64,000 nt of DNA from assembly GCA_964570665.1 (NCBI GenBank), contig CAZMZH010000003.1, forward strand, positions 244,701-308,700, written 5' to 3'. A model generated the notes under the pieces. The model did not search any database. It was not told the DNA's origin and was given only the letters and a program-made list of their open reading frames with translations. The stretch is from an uncultured Nitrospinota bacterium. Its GTDB lineage: Bacteria > Nitrospinota > Nitrospinia > Nitrospinales > JAJDAT01. Positions 44,868 through 54,629 of this stretch are shown piece after piece. Made by a program: the position numbers and the translations under genes. How positions within the stretch are numbered: the stretch's first letter is position 1; each line of letters begins with the position of its first letter.

Positions 44868-45296
44868 TCAGTTTTCGCCCAAATCGCGGTCAAACATGTC
44901 GTTATAATTCAGATCCTGATCTTGAATGGGTTCCGAACGGTACCAATCATCATCGGAAGGAGAAGCTTCGTCGCCAAAATCAAATGCTCCAGCATTTCGA
45001 GCGCTTTGAACAAAATTGGTACAATTCGTTTTTACTAAATCATCGCTTCCACAACGGCATTTGGATTCGCCAATTTTAAAATTGGTTTCTTTTAGAACAA
45101 AGATGGCAAAATCACAATGTTTGCAGTCATACCGAGAGTAAACATCGTCAAGGTCTGGTTCAACCAATCGTTCTCGGCATTGATTACAAACTAATACTTT
45201 ATCAGGAGAATAGTTGCCAAAAATATTCTCAATTCGACAACCACGGCATTCAATTAATATATTTAATATAGCTTTAGAGTTCAATTTTACCCTCAA
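44868..45296 (-). CDS. double zinc-ribbon-like Cys-rich protein with acidic tail
   Basis: 142 aa, TTG start. Four Cys pairs (CRGC, CNQC, CKHC, CRC). The C-terminal tail is rich in D/E/W/Y. Confidence 0.5.
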   Translation of the reverse strand: MRVKLNSKAILNILIECRGCRIENIFGNYSPDKVLVCNQCRERLVEPDLDDVYSRYDCKHCDFAIFVLKETNFKIGESKCRCGSDDLVKTNCTNFVQSARNAGAFDFGDEASPSDDDWYRSEPIQDQDLNYNDMFDRDLGEN

Positions 45297-45300
45297 AAAG

Positions 45301-45687
45301 TTAGGAATCGGATTTTTTCTTTTTTAGATCTTCCTCGCTAACATTGATTCCCATTTTGGCTAATTCACCCGATGAGAAAGGACACTTCCCTTGAGCCATT
45401 CTTTCCGCTCCATTTGCCGGTAAAGACATGCCAGCTCCTTCTTTTTTTTCAGAAACATCTAATTTTCCAGATTCAGCCATTATTAGCCACTGAATAGCTT
45501 CAATTTGTTTATTTTTATCTTCAACCATTTTATTAATGGCGTCTTTAGTGTCTTGATGAGCAACAACCTCAATTGCAGCTTCTAATTTAGACTTCGCTAC
45601 ATCTTCAAATTCCATTGCTGATTTTAAAGCTTCCATTGCTTGATTCATTTTTGTCTCCAAAGAGTTGAATATATGGGATTTTTCCAC
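45301..45687 (-). CDS. hypothetical helical protein
   Basis: 128 aa. The stop lies 4 nt upstream of the Cys-rich gene, suggesting an operon. No recognisable motif except a single KCPF. Confidence 0.5.
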   Translation of the reverse strand: MEKSHIFNSLETKMNQAMEALKSAMEFEDVAKSKLEAAIEVVAHQDTKDAINKMVEDKNKQIEAIQWLIMAESGKLDVSEKKEGAGMSLPANGAERMAQGKCPFSSGELAKMGINVSEEDLKKKKSDS

Positions 45688-45800
45688 TAAAAATATATCA
45701 AAACATGCAGTCAGCTACAAGAAGCAAATAATATTATAAGCGTTAATTTTGTATTTATGGACATTCTTTTGAAAAGGATCTGTCCCCTCAACACTTACAG

Positions 45801-45809
45801 TGTTATAAT
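45801..45809 (+). promoter_or_regulatory. extended -10 promoter candidate
   Basis: TGtTATAAT (TG 45801-45802, TATAAT 45804-45809), about 180 nt upstream of the TPR gene. No clear -35 element. Confidence 0.3.
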
Positions 45810-45987
45810 GGAATCCCAAATTTGGCGTTCTGTTTAAATGCCCCCTCTGCTAACCATTAATAACTCGGCGTTTTTGTGGATGACAACCAATATAATCAAA
45901 CAGAAATATGCCTAATATGCTGGTGTTTTAAATTTCCCTCGTCATCTGTTTAACCTGTCCCCGTTATTATACAACTTTAAATTTCAA

Positions 45988-47061
45988 ATGTTTGGTCTAA
46001 GAAAACCAGGGAGATATTCTCCCACTACCGAAGAAAAAGAATGGATTATAAGTTTTGCTTCAGACCCCACTGAAAGTTTTGATTCTCCTCATTGGGAAAA
46101 GGTTCTAGAAGCTGCAGATAACCGTACTGACGATCAAAGATCTTCAGAAGATTATCTGGCTCTATCTTTAGACGCTCTATTTGAAGAAAATTTCGAAAGT
46201 TCTCTAGACTTTGTTTTTGCAGGTTTGCGTTTGTCTCCGGATGATAAAAGGTCCCAAGCGGCGTTATATATGCAGTTAGGAATTTTGTTTAATTTATTGG
46301 GAGTTCAAGAACTAGCTTTACAAAATCTAGATAAAGCCATTAGTTTAGACCCAGAAAATGCAAGTATCTACGACTCTATAAGCGATATATATTTAGCGCA
46401 AAATAAATATAGAGAAGCGGAAACAAAGTCTAAGGAAGCTGTTAGATTAGCCCCAAATAACTCTGATTATTTAGAGAGTTTGGGAATGATTTATTTTGAG
46501 TGGGGAAAATTTGATCGAGCGGAAGTTAAATTCCTTGAAGCCATTCAAATACAACCAGAATGCTCAGAATATCATGTGAATCTGGGAAAAGTTTTTTTTG
46601 CTCAAAAAGATTATACGAAAGCGGCTGATAGTTTTAAAAAGTCTTTGGAGCTTAAAGAGGATTTGCCGTTTTCTTTAAAATCATTAGCCGAAATATATAT
46701 TAAAAAAGGTCAATTTTTTGAGGCAGAAAAATACGTAAAGCAAGCTCTAGTTTTGCAGCCTGAGAACGATCAACTCTGTAATCTTGTAGGGGATATTTGT
46801 TTTGAACGTAAATTATTTATTAAAGCAGAGATTGAATACCAACGGGCTTTAAAAATTAATCCTGAAAACGCCAAAACTCATAAAAATTTGGGGCATGTTT
46901 ATTTAGAACAGAAGAGATTTTCTGACGCAGAATTCCATTTTAGAGAATCGTTGAAATTAGATCCGCAAAGCGCGATTCCTCTGATAAATTTTAAGATCAT
47001 CCCTCAAGATCTTGAAAAAAGCAATCAACCTCCGGACGAGATGAAACAAGCGGGGGCGTAA
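45988..47061 (+). CDS. TPR-repeat protein
   Basis: 357 aa with at least 7 TPR units (e.g. AKTHKNLGHVYLEQKRFSDAEFHFRESLKLDP). Confidence 0.85.
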   Translation: MFGLRKPGRYSPTTEEKEWIISFASDPTESFDSPHWEKVLEAADNRTDDQRSSEDYLALSLDALFEENFESSLDFVFAGLRLSPDDKRSQAALYMQLGILFNLLGVQELALQNLDKAISLDPENASIYDSISDIYLAQNKYREAETKSKEAVRLAPNNSDYLESLGMIYFEWGKFDRAEVKFLEAIQIQPECSEYHVNLGKVFFAQKDYTKAADSFKKSLELKEDLPFSLKSLAEIYIKKGQFFEAEKYVKQALVLQPENDQLCNLVGDICFERKLFIKAEIEYQRALKINPENAKTHKNLGHVYLEQKRFSDAEFHFRESLKLDPQSAIPLINFKIIPQDLEKSNQPPDEMKQAGA

Positions 47062-47159
47062 ACCAAAGGTTTAAAAATTTTCTTCCGTTAAAACCCATAA
47101 ACCTAATCTATATTTTGGTGGAGTAATGAAACTGATCCTTAAAACTTTGACTGTTGCTG

Positions 47160-48608
47160 ATGGCTCAAAATAAAAAAATAGCTATTATTGGAGGTGGGAT
47201 TGCAGGTTTGTCCGCCGCTTATAAGTTTCAAGAAGAGATTTCATCCAGACAATTGCCAATTGATTGTTCTGTTTTAGAGGGATCTGATTGGTTTGGAGGT
47301 AAAATTAGGACAGATCGTTTTGATGGGTTCGTTGTAGAAAGAGGTCCGGATTCATTTATAAGCCAAAAACCATGGGCAATCGATTTGTGTAAACGGTTGA
47401 GTATTGAAGATCGTTTGGTAGGCACAAAAACAGAAAACGCTAAAACTTTTGTGTATGTTGGAAAGAAGATGCAAACATTGCCTGAAGGACTTAGTTTACT
47501 TGTTCCTACGAAATTTTTACCTTTTGCAACAACATCTCTTTTTAGTTGGTTTGGCAAGATTCGTATGGGAATGGATCTGATTATCCCCAAGAAAGCCAAC
47601 CAGGATGACGAGAGCTTGGCGTCTTTTGTTGAAAGACGTTTGGGGACTGAAGCTTTAAAAAGAATGGCCGAGCCTATGCTTGCGGGAATTTATGCTAGCG
47701 ATCCGAAAAAAATGAGTATAAAAAGCACCTTCCCCATGTTTTTCGAAACCGAACAAAAATATAGGTCGCTTATCCTGGGAATGCTGGCTAAGAAACGAGA
47801 AATGATGTCCGCTCCTAAAAGAGATAGCGCTCGACCGGCCTATTCAATGTTTATGACGCTTAAATCGGGTTTAGGGGAAATTGTAGAAGCAATTTTAAAA
47901 AAATCTCCAGATATCAATTTCAAATCCGGTATTAAAGTCCGCTCTGTTGGTAATGAAAACTCTAATGGCAAAGTTAAATGGAAAGTAGTTCCAGAAGAAG
48001 GCGAAAGTTTATTTTTTGACTCAATAATTATGGCTCCGCCGGCCAATATTTCTGCCAATTTGCTAGACGATTGCGCTCCAGATTTATCCGATCTTTTACG
48101 TAAGATACCTTATGCTTCTACCGCCGCTGTAACGTTGGCTTATCGAAAAGAAGGTTTTTCTCACCCCCTTAAAGGTTTTGGTTTTTTAGCTCCAAAGTCT
48201 GAAGGTTATAATATCTCTGCATGTACCTGGACATCTTCAAAATATCCCGGTAGGTCTCCAGACGACTTTGTTCTTCTGCGGTGTTACCTGGGAGGGGCTT
48301 TGAGTGAAGAATTGACGGAACGCGATCCAGAAACGTTGGCAAATTTAGTACAAGAGGATTTACGCTCCATTATGGGGATTACTGAAAAGCCAGTTTTTTG
48401 TCGGGTTTATGTGAATAAAAAAGCAAACGTGCAATACTTAGTAGGTCATCAAAAATTGGTGGAATCGATTAACGAGCAAGTCAGTCAATTTCCTGGTTTG
48501 TTTTTGTCTGGAAGCGCCTATACTGGTATTGGAATTCCCGATTGTATTCGAAATGGTAATATGGCAGCCCAGGCGGCGTTAAGTTATTTATTCCCTGAAT
48601 CAAATTAA
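47160..48608 (+). CDS. hemY: protoporphyrinogen/coproporphyrinogen oxidase, HemY type (FAD amine-oxidase fold)
   Basis: FAD dinucleotide fold KIAIIGGGIAGLSAAY, and GGKIRTDRFDGFVVERGPDSF. The track start is TTG 47154; the ATG two codons later is preferred. Confidence 0.85.
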   Translation: MAQNKKIAIIGGGIAGLSAAYKFQEEISSRQLPIDCSVLEGSDWFGGKIRTDRFDGFVVERGPDSFISQKPWAIDLCKRLSIEDRLVGTKTENAKTFVYVGKKMQTLPEGLSLLVPTKFLPFATTSLFSWFGKIRMGMDLIIPKKANQDDESLASFVERRLGTEALKRMAEPMLAGIYASDPKKMSIKSTFPMFFETEQKYRSLILGMLAKKREMMSAPKRDSARPAYSMFMTLKSGLGEIVEAILKKSPDINFKSGIKVRSVGNENSNGKVKWKVVPEEGESLFFDSIIMAPPANISANLLDDCAPDLSDLLRKIPYASTAAVTLAYRKEGFSHPLKGFGFLAPKSEGYNISACTWTSSKYPGRSPDDFVLLRCYLGGALSEELTERDPETLANLVQEDLRSIMGITEKPVFCRVYVNKKANVQYLVGHQKLVESINEQVSQFPGLFLSGSAYTGIGIPDCIRNGNMAAQAALSYLFPESN

Positions 48609-48669
48609 TACCAACTTTAAAAAGCGGCGCTTACAAACTTAAATTTGTGTTCGCTGAGGAGAAAATTTC

Positions 48670-49857
48670 ATGAAATGGGCCTCGACTCTTTCGACAAAGG
48701 ATTCTATTGAGGATTGCGTACAAGAGGCTGTTAAAAATATTAAGCAAGATTTGGGAGACTTAGACCCTGACTTGACGACAGTTTTTGTTTCTCCTCATTT
48801 TAAAGACGATTATTCCAAAATTCCAAGTTTAATACGAGGAGCTATGAAACCTGGGACGCTTTTTGGTTGTTCTGGAGGTGGGATAATTGGAGGCGGTTCG
48901 GAGGCAGAACAGCAACCCGCTTTTAGTATGACTTGCGGTCATTTACCGGGTGTCAATATCAATTTGTTTTATTCAGATGGAATGGAGTTACCCGATCAGG
49001 ATACTGGGCCACAGGTATGGAGAGACTGGTTAAAAGTGCCTTTAGAGGAAAATCTTCATTTTATTTTGCTTGCCGATCCATTTTCTTTTCGAGGCGAAGA
49101 GTTTTTGACCGCAATGGATTTTGCTTATCCGAAGAGTCGTAAGATTGGGGGGCTTGCAAGCGGAGCAAACCAAGGTTCGGGTAATGTTTTATATAAAGGA
49201 GACGAGATTTTTAATAATGGGCTCGTTGGCGTTGCGCTGAGCGGAAATATTGAGGTTGATACCATTGTCGCTCAGGGATGTCGCCCTATTGGTCAGGTAC
49301 ACACAATTACAAAGTGCCAAGCTACTTTTTTACAAGAGATAGACAAGCAACCTCCTTTTAAAATATTGGAGGAGCTTATAGAGAATGCTAACGATTATGA
49401 TCGACAATTGATCCAAAAATCTTTATTCCTTGGAGTTGAAATGAATCCTTTGGATGGAGATCCTAAACAAGGGGATTTTTTGATTCGTAATATCATGGGA
49501 TTGGATAGAGCTTCAGGAGCCATTTCAATAGGAGCCTATTTGCGAGAAGGACAACTCGTTCAATTCCATCTTCGCGATAAGTTACTTTCTGCGGAAGATT
49601 TGGAAATGCTATTGGATGATTATGCATTATTAGAAAAATCCAAAAATGCCAGCGGAGCGTTACTGTTTTCTTGTTTAGGAAGAGGACAATATCTATACGA
49701 GACACAAAATCACGATTCTAATATGTTTTCGGGGAAACTAAAAGACGTTCCAATTGGCGGATTTTTCTGCAACGGGGAAATTGGTCCTGTAGGAGGCGCT
49801 ACATATCTACACGGATATACGAGTTCTTTTGGAATTTTTCGAAGCGCAGAGGATTAG
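48670..49857 (+). CDS. FIST-domain (FIST_N + FIST_C) sensory protein
   Basis: 395 aa with RBS GAGGAG. The N-terminal WASTLSTKDSIEDCVQEA...DLTTVFVSPHF and overall length fit stand-alone FIST proteins. Confidence 0.65.
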   Translation: MKWASTLSTKDSIEDCVQEAVKNIKQDLGDLDPDLTTVFVSPHFKDDYSKIPSLIRGAMKPGTLFGCSGGGIIGGGSEAEQQPAFSMTCGHLPGVNINLFYSDGMELPDQDTGPQVWRDWLKVPLEENLHFILLADPFSFRGEEFLTAMDFAYPKSRKIGGLASGANQGSGNVLYKGDEIFNNGLVGVALSGNIEVDTIVAQGCRPIGQVHTITKCQATFLQEIDKQPPFKILEELIENANDYDRQLIQKSLFLGVEMNPLDGDPKQGDFLIRNIMGLDRASGAISIGAYLREGQLVQFHLRDKLLSAEDLEMLLDDYALLEKSKNASGALLFSCLGRGQYLYETQNHDSNMFSGKLKDVPIGGFFCNGEIGPVGGATYLHGYTSSFGIFRSAED

Positions 49858-49908
49858 TTTATTGCAAATTTTCTCATGATATTTTTTTGTTAATAGGAGG
49901 TTAAATAT

Positions 49909-50175
49909 ATGGCCGTCGAGGTTTCGGTTTCTACATCGCCTAACGAAAATGCTTTAAAATTTAATTGCAGTCAACCTGTTTTAGAGTCCGGATATAAAAC
50001 TTACAATAATGCGGAACAGGCGGCAGAATCCCCTGTTGCGGCTAAGATTTTTGAAACAGACGGTGTAGCCAGCGTTTTTTTAATGCCCGATTTCATTACT
50101 GTCACCAAAAAACCTGAAGCTAGCTGGGAAGTTGTTCAACCAGCTGCGATAGAGGCTATCAAATCGACTTTGTAA
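49909..50175 (+). CDS. Nfu_N-type scaffold N-terminal domain protein
   Basis: 88 aa with RBS AGGAGG. SPNENALKFNC...GVASVFLMPDFITVTKKPEASWE matches the Nfu/NifU N-terminal domain. Confidence 0.7.
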   Translation: MAVEVSVSTSPNENALKFNCSQPVLESGYKTYNNAEQAAESPVAAKIFETDGVASVFLMPDFITVTKKPEASWEVVQPAAIEAIKSTL

Positions 50176-50253
50176 AATTTCAAAACTATAGTTGTAAGTC
50201 GTTTTTATTTTAGAGTTAGGCGAAAAATTTTTAAATTTAACGAGTGAGTGGAT

Positions 50254-50712
50254 ATGATAGAAGAAGGCAAAAAAGCTCCAGACTTTTCGGCAATCGATCA
50301 AAATGGCGATAAAATCAAATTAAGTTCGTTTAAAAATAAAAAAAATGTTGTCCTCTATTTTTATCCTAAGGATATGACTCCGGGATGCACAACCGAAGCT
50401 TGCGATTTTCGGGATTATTTTAAAAAATTTAAAGATACTGAAATCCTTGGAGTAAGTATTGATTCGCCCGAACGTCATCAAAAATTTATCGAAAAACAAA
50501 AATTGCCATTTACGCTAATTAGCGACGAGGATAAAAAAGTAGTAGAAAAATATGGGGTCTGGCAGGAGAAGTCTATGTACGGTAAAAAATTTATGGGGAT
50601 TGTTCGTTCCACTTTCATAATTGATAAAGCTGGAAAAATTCGGAAAGTTTATCCAAAGGTTAAGGTAAAAGGGCATGTTGAGGAAGTTTTAGAAGTGGTA
50701 AAAGGACTTTAG
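50254..50712 (+). CDS. bcp: thioredoxin-dependent peroxiredoxin (Bcp/PrxQ)
   Basis: [34 protein letters not shown]. The track start is GTG 50248; ATG 50254 is preferred. Confidence 0.92.
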   Translation: MIEEGKKAPDFSAIDQNGDKIKLSSFKNKKNVVLYFYPKDMTPGCTTEACDFRDYFKKFKDTEILGVSIDSPERHQKFIEKQKLPFTLISDEDKKVVEKYGVWQEKSMYGKKFMGIVRSTFIIDKAGKIRKVYPKVKVKGHVEEVLEVVKGL

Positions 50713-50982
50713 GCATCTCTTTACAATATTTTTTTAGGTTAAAAGCTTTTCAATCGCGTCTTTTCTTCTGTTTCCCCTTACCTATGTTTCTAAGGAGATA
50801 AGAGCATTTTTTATTATGGGTTTAATCTAATTAGCTAGGCTCTTGTCTTCAATTTTCTTACCATTTCGTTCCAAAATATTTTGGGAAAATACTCCAATTA
50901 ATATTTAACAATAAAGAAGGGATCTTACTTCTCTAATACGTCCTTTTAAAAGTAAGGATTTTTTGTAAGATTTTAATCCATT

Positions 50983-51936
50983 ATGATTAGCGGTAAAAAA
51001 ATATTTATTACGGGCGGCGCTGGATTTATAGGCGCTTCGCTTATCAACCGGTTTTTACAAGATAATCAAGTAATCGTTTTTGATAATTTTACCCGAAATT
51101 CTTTAGTGGATAAGACTTTCAAGGACCATTCTAACTTACAAATAATAAACGGAAGTATCCTAGATTATGAATTTTTGGCTAAATCAATGGATAAATCCGA
51201 TGTTGTCGTTCACTGCGCAGGAATTGCGGGAGTTGATTCTGTAATTAAGAGTCCCATCACGACTATGGAAGTGAATATGACTGGAACGGGAAACGTTTTG
51301 AAAGCCGCTTCTAAACTGGATAAATGCGATCGAGTGATTTGTTTTTCCACGAGCGAAGTTTTTGGATCGAATGCTTATTGCTCAAATGAAACCGATTGCA
51401 CTGTTATGGGGGCTGTTGGAGAGGCTCGATGGACTTATGCCGTTAGTAAATTGTCAGGCGAACATTTGGCGCATGCTTATTTTAAGGAGAAAGGTCTTCC
51501 AACAACCACTTTAAGACCATTTAATGTTTATGGCCCGGGACAAGTTGGAGAAGGCGCTATCCGCACCTTTGTTAAAAGAGCGATCAAAAATGAGCCGTTA
51601 TTTATTCACGGAGAGGGCACACAAATTCGCGCCTGGTGTTTTATTGACGATATGATTGACGCGATTTTATTATCAATAACAAATGAAAAAGCTTTGGGTG
51701 AATCTTTTAATATAGGAAATCAGAAGGCGGTTATGACCATTTATGGACTGGCAAATACCATCATAAATGTTTTGAGTTCTAAGTCCAAAGTAGAGTTTCA
51801 AAATAAGGATTATGTCGACGTTGAGTTGAGAATCCCTTCTGTTCAAAAAGCGAAAGAACTTCTGAATTTTGAAGCTAAAATGAGTTTAGAGGAAGGAATT
51901 TCTCTTACAGCGGACTATTATCGCCAGGTTCAATAA
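50983..51936 (+). CDS. NAD-dependent nucleotide-sugar epimerase/dehydratase/decarboxylase (extended SDR)
   Basis: 317 aa. ITGGAGFIGASL, catalytic FSTSEVFG and YAVSKLSGE. The substrate cannot be determined from sequence alone. Confidence 0.88.
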   Translation: MISGKKIFITGGAGFIGASLINRFLQDNQVIVFDNFTRNSLVDKTFKDHSNLQIINGSILDYEFLAKSMDKSDVVVHCAGIAGVDSVIKSPITTMEVNMTGTGNVLKAASKLDKCDRVICFSTSEVFGSNAYCSNETDCTVMGAVGEARWTYAVSKLSGEHLAHAYFKEKGLPTTTLRPFNVYGPGQVGEGAIRTFVKRAIKNEPLFIHGEGTQIRAWCFIDDMIDAILLSITNEKALGESFNIGNQKAVMTIYGLANTIINVLSSKSKVEFQNKDYVDVELRIPSVQKAKELLNFEAKMSLEEGISLTADYYRQVQ

Positions 51937-53066
51937 TGATTAGATTAGCTTACCCGTCTATAGAAGACGACGCTTTTGAATCGATTCAAAATATTTTAAT
52001 TTCTGGACAATTAGTTCAAGGAAAGACGGTAAGCGAATTTGAAAAACAGGTTGCCCAATACGTTGGCGCAGAGTTTGGTATAGCCGTTACCAATTGTACT
52101 TCTGCGCTTTTTTTAACGTTGAAGTCGCTTAATCTTCAGACTGGAAATAAGATAATAGTTCCAGCTTTTTCTTGGCCAGCGACGGCAAATGTAGTGGTTC
52201 TTTGTGGAGCCGAACCTGTTTTTATCGATATTGATCCTAAAACTTATAATATAGACATAAGAAAACTCGAAGAAAAATTAGCCCTTTTTCAAAATGAAAA
52301 TAGCGTTAAAGCTATTATTCCTGTTCATTCTTTTGGACGGATGGCGGAAATGTCTCAGATAATAGATTTGTCAGAGCGTTTTAAGGTTCCCGTTATAGAA
52401 GATGCCGCTTGCGCTTTAGGGGCCTATAGTTTTGGGAAGTTTGCAGGAACCTTAGGGCTCGCGGGATGTTTTAGTTTTCACCCTAGAAAATCCATAACAA
52501 CGGGTGAAGGAGGCATGATTGTTACAAACGACGGCTCATTGGCTCGTCGATTAAAAATATTGCGAAATCATGGGCTAGATCCTGAATCAAAAACACCAGA
52601 CTTTGTTGAGGCTGGACATAACATGAGATTGACCGAACTCCAAGCTGCTTTAGGAGTTTCTCAAATGAAAAATTTGGAAAATAAACTTAGGATTAGAATA
52701 AAGCTTTCTAGTCAATATAATGATCTCTTTAAAGAATCTATACTAGAAATTCCAGACTTGACTGAAGATAGAAAACATATTTTTCAATCGTATGTTGTTT
52801 TGCTTCCATCCCTAATCGCTAAAGAAAGACCAAAGATAATCAACAAACTAAAAGATAATAATATTGAGGCGACTATCGGAACTTATCACATACCTCTTAC
52901 CTCTTATTTTAAAAAGCGAAATAATTTTAAAAAAGGGGATTTTCCGATTACGGACGATGTGTTTGGTCGGGCTGTGGCTTTGCCGTTTCATGAGAAAATT
53001 AGTTTAGAGCAACAAAACGAAGTTGCCGATAGGTTTTTGAACATTTTAAACGGATATGACTTGTAA
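51936..53066 (+). CDS. DegT/DnrJ/EryC1/StrS-family nucleotide-sugar aminotransferase (ArnB/PglE-like)
   Basis: 376 aa. The start overlaps the upstream stop (TAATG). PLP-lysine context FSFHPRKSITTGEGGMI. Confidence 0.9.
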   Translation: MIRLAYPSIEDDAFESIQNILISGQLVQGKTVSEFEKQVAQYVGAEFGIAVTNCTSALFLTLKSLNLQTGNKIIVPAFSWPATANVVVLCGAEPVFIDIDPKTYNIDIRKLEEKLALFQNENSVKAIIPVHSFGRMAEMSQIIDLSERFKVPVIEDAACALGAYSFGKFAGTLGLAGCFSFHPRKSITTGEGGMIVTNDGSLARRLKILRNHGLDPESKTPDFVEAGHNMRLTELQAALGVSQMKNLENKLRIRIKLSSQYNDLFKESILEIPDLTEDRKHIFQSYVVLLPSLIAKERPKIINKLKDNNIEATIGTYHIPLTSYFKKRNNFKKGDFPITDDVFGRAVALPFHEKISLEQQNEVADRFLNILNGYDL

Positions 53067-53083
53067 CGATTGAGAAAAAAGAA

Positions 53084-53743
53084 ATGAAACCAAAGAAAAT
53101 AGTCATTCTAGGTTGTGGAGGAACGGGAACCGATATTTTAGATTTACTTGACGATATTAATGAGACGAAACAGACCTATAGTTGTATTGGCTTTTTAGAT
53201 GACGATGCTAGTCAATGGGAAAAAGAGATTTGTGGCGTTCCTGTTTTAGGGCCGCTAAAAAAAGCGCCTGATTTAGCTGGTGTTTCCTTTTTAAACGGTT
53301 TAGGAAGTCCATCAAATCATTGGAAAACAGAGCAAATAATTTCTGAAATAGGAATCCAGGCCAACCAATTTGAAAAGATTGTTCATCCAAAGAGCAAAGT
53401 TTCAAAAAAAAGCGTTTTAGGTTTTGGAGTCATTGTATACCCGTATGTGTTTATTGGTTCTAATGTGAAAGTTGGAAACTTAACCACTTTACTTGCTAAT
53501 ACCACTATCAATCATGATTCTGTGCTGAATGAGTTCACCATAGTTTGTAGTAATGTCTCCGTTTCAGGAGCTGTTAAAATAGGTAAATCTTGTTATTTAG
53601 GCGCTGGAAGTTCTATCCGCCAAAACGTAACCGTGGGGGAGCGAAGCTTATTAGGTATTGGGAGTGTTGTGCTTAAAGATGTGAAACCAAATAGCATTGT
53701 TAAAGGTAACCCTGCCGAATTTTTGCGTGAAAACTGTCGTTAG
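53084..53743 (+). CDS. NeuD/PglD-family sugar N/O-acetyltransferase (left-handed beta-helix)
   Basis: 219 aa. N-terminal Rossmann-like IVILGCGGTGTDILDLL, followed by hexapeptide repeats IGSNVKVGNLTTLLANTTINHDSVL... Confidence 0.85.
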   Translation: MKPKKIVILGCGGTGTDILDLLDDINETKQTYSCIGFLDDDASQWEKEICGVPVLGPLKKAPDLAGVSFLNGLGSPSNHWKTEQIISEIGIQANQFEKIVHPKSKVSKKSVLGFGVIVYPYVFIGSNVKVGNLTTLLANTTINHDSVLNEFTIVCSNVSVSGAVKIGKSCYLGAGSSIRQNVTVGERSLLGIGSVVLKDVKPNSIVKGNPAEFLRENCR

Positions 53744-53795
53744 AATTTATTTCTTTTTATTGTTGCTTTTATATCTCTAGCCCCTAAATAATTCG

Positions 53796-54515
53796 TTGGA
53801 AAAATTGGAAAATAAAAATAATAAAAAAATTAACCTCACGGTTGTTATTATGGCTTTTAATGAAGAGTCTACAATTAGAGAGGTTTACGAAAAAGTTAAG
53901 AGTTCTTTAAATGAAATTGGTGGAGAAAATGAAATAATTATTGTAAACGATGGAAGTACGGATGGAACTAAAGAAATAATTAATTCGGCCATTGAAGGAT
54001 CTAAAAATAATAGAACGATTAATTATTTGTTTAATAGAGGATTAGGTAGCGTTTATAGAACGGGTTTTGAAGAGGCAAAAGGGAAGTTTGTTACGTTTTT
54101 CCCGGCAGATGGGCAATTTCCAGCTTCTGAAATTAAAGAGTTTTATAAGTTGAATATTGATGCGGATTTGGTTCTCGGATATTTGCCGAAATTAAAACGT
54201 TCTGCTATTAGTATTTTTTTATCGAAAATTGAAAGATTGATTTATAAGATTCTTTTTGGCGAAATGCCTCAGTTTCAAGGTTTATTTATGTTTAAGCGGC
54301 AAGTCTTGGAAAGCTTTGAGTTGGTTTCCGAGGGAAGGGGCTGGGCTATTGTTATGGAATTAATTATTCGCGTTTCTAGAAATGGAGGCGTTATAAAAAA
54401 CTTACCAGGAACCATGTTCGAAAGAAAAGTAGGAAACTCCAAAGTAAATAATTTTAAAACTATATGGTCGAATTTGGCTCAAATTTATAATTTGCGTAAA
54501 GTTTTTAAAGAATAG
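53796..54515 (+). CDS. GT2 polyprenyl-phosphate glycosyltransferase (ArnC/GtrB/DPM1-like)
   Basis: 239 aa, TTG start. LTVVIMAFNEESTI, IIIVNDGSTDGT. No C-terminal TM helices. Confidence 0.8.
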   Translation: MEKLENKNNKKINLTVVIMAFNEESTIREVYEKVKSSLNEIGGENEIIIVNDGSTDGTKEIINSAIEGSKNNRTINYLFNRGLGSVYRTGFEEAKGKFVTFFPADGQFPASEIKEFYKLNIDADLVLGYLPKLKRSAISIFLSKIERLIYKILFGEMPQFQGLFMFKRQVLESFELVSEGRGWAIVMELIIRVSRNGGVIKNLPGTMFERKVGNSKVNNFKTIWSNLAQIYNLRKVFKE

Positions 54516-54629
54516 TTTGATAGGTGTTTTAAAACGAAGCTTTTTTTGGATTTTAGTTTAGTTGTTGTATATTTTATTGTTGCATTTGTCTAAATAAACG
54601 ATTGATCTGTATTTCATACAAAAATATAT

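Noticed and set aside
47126-47173. 15-codon upstream ORF (MKLILKTLTVADGSK) overlapping the hemY start
   Set aside because: The GGTGGAG sequence ends only 2 nt before the ATG, which is too close for a functional Shine-Dalgarno. I see no evidence of conservation, so it is probably fortuitous.
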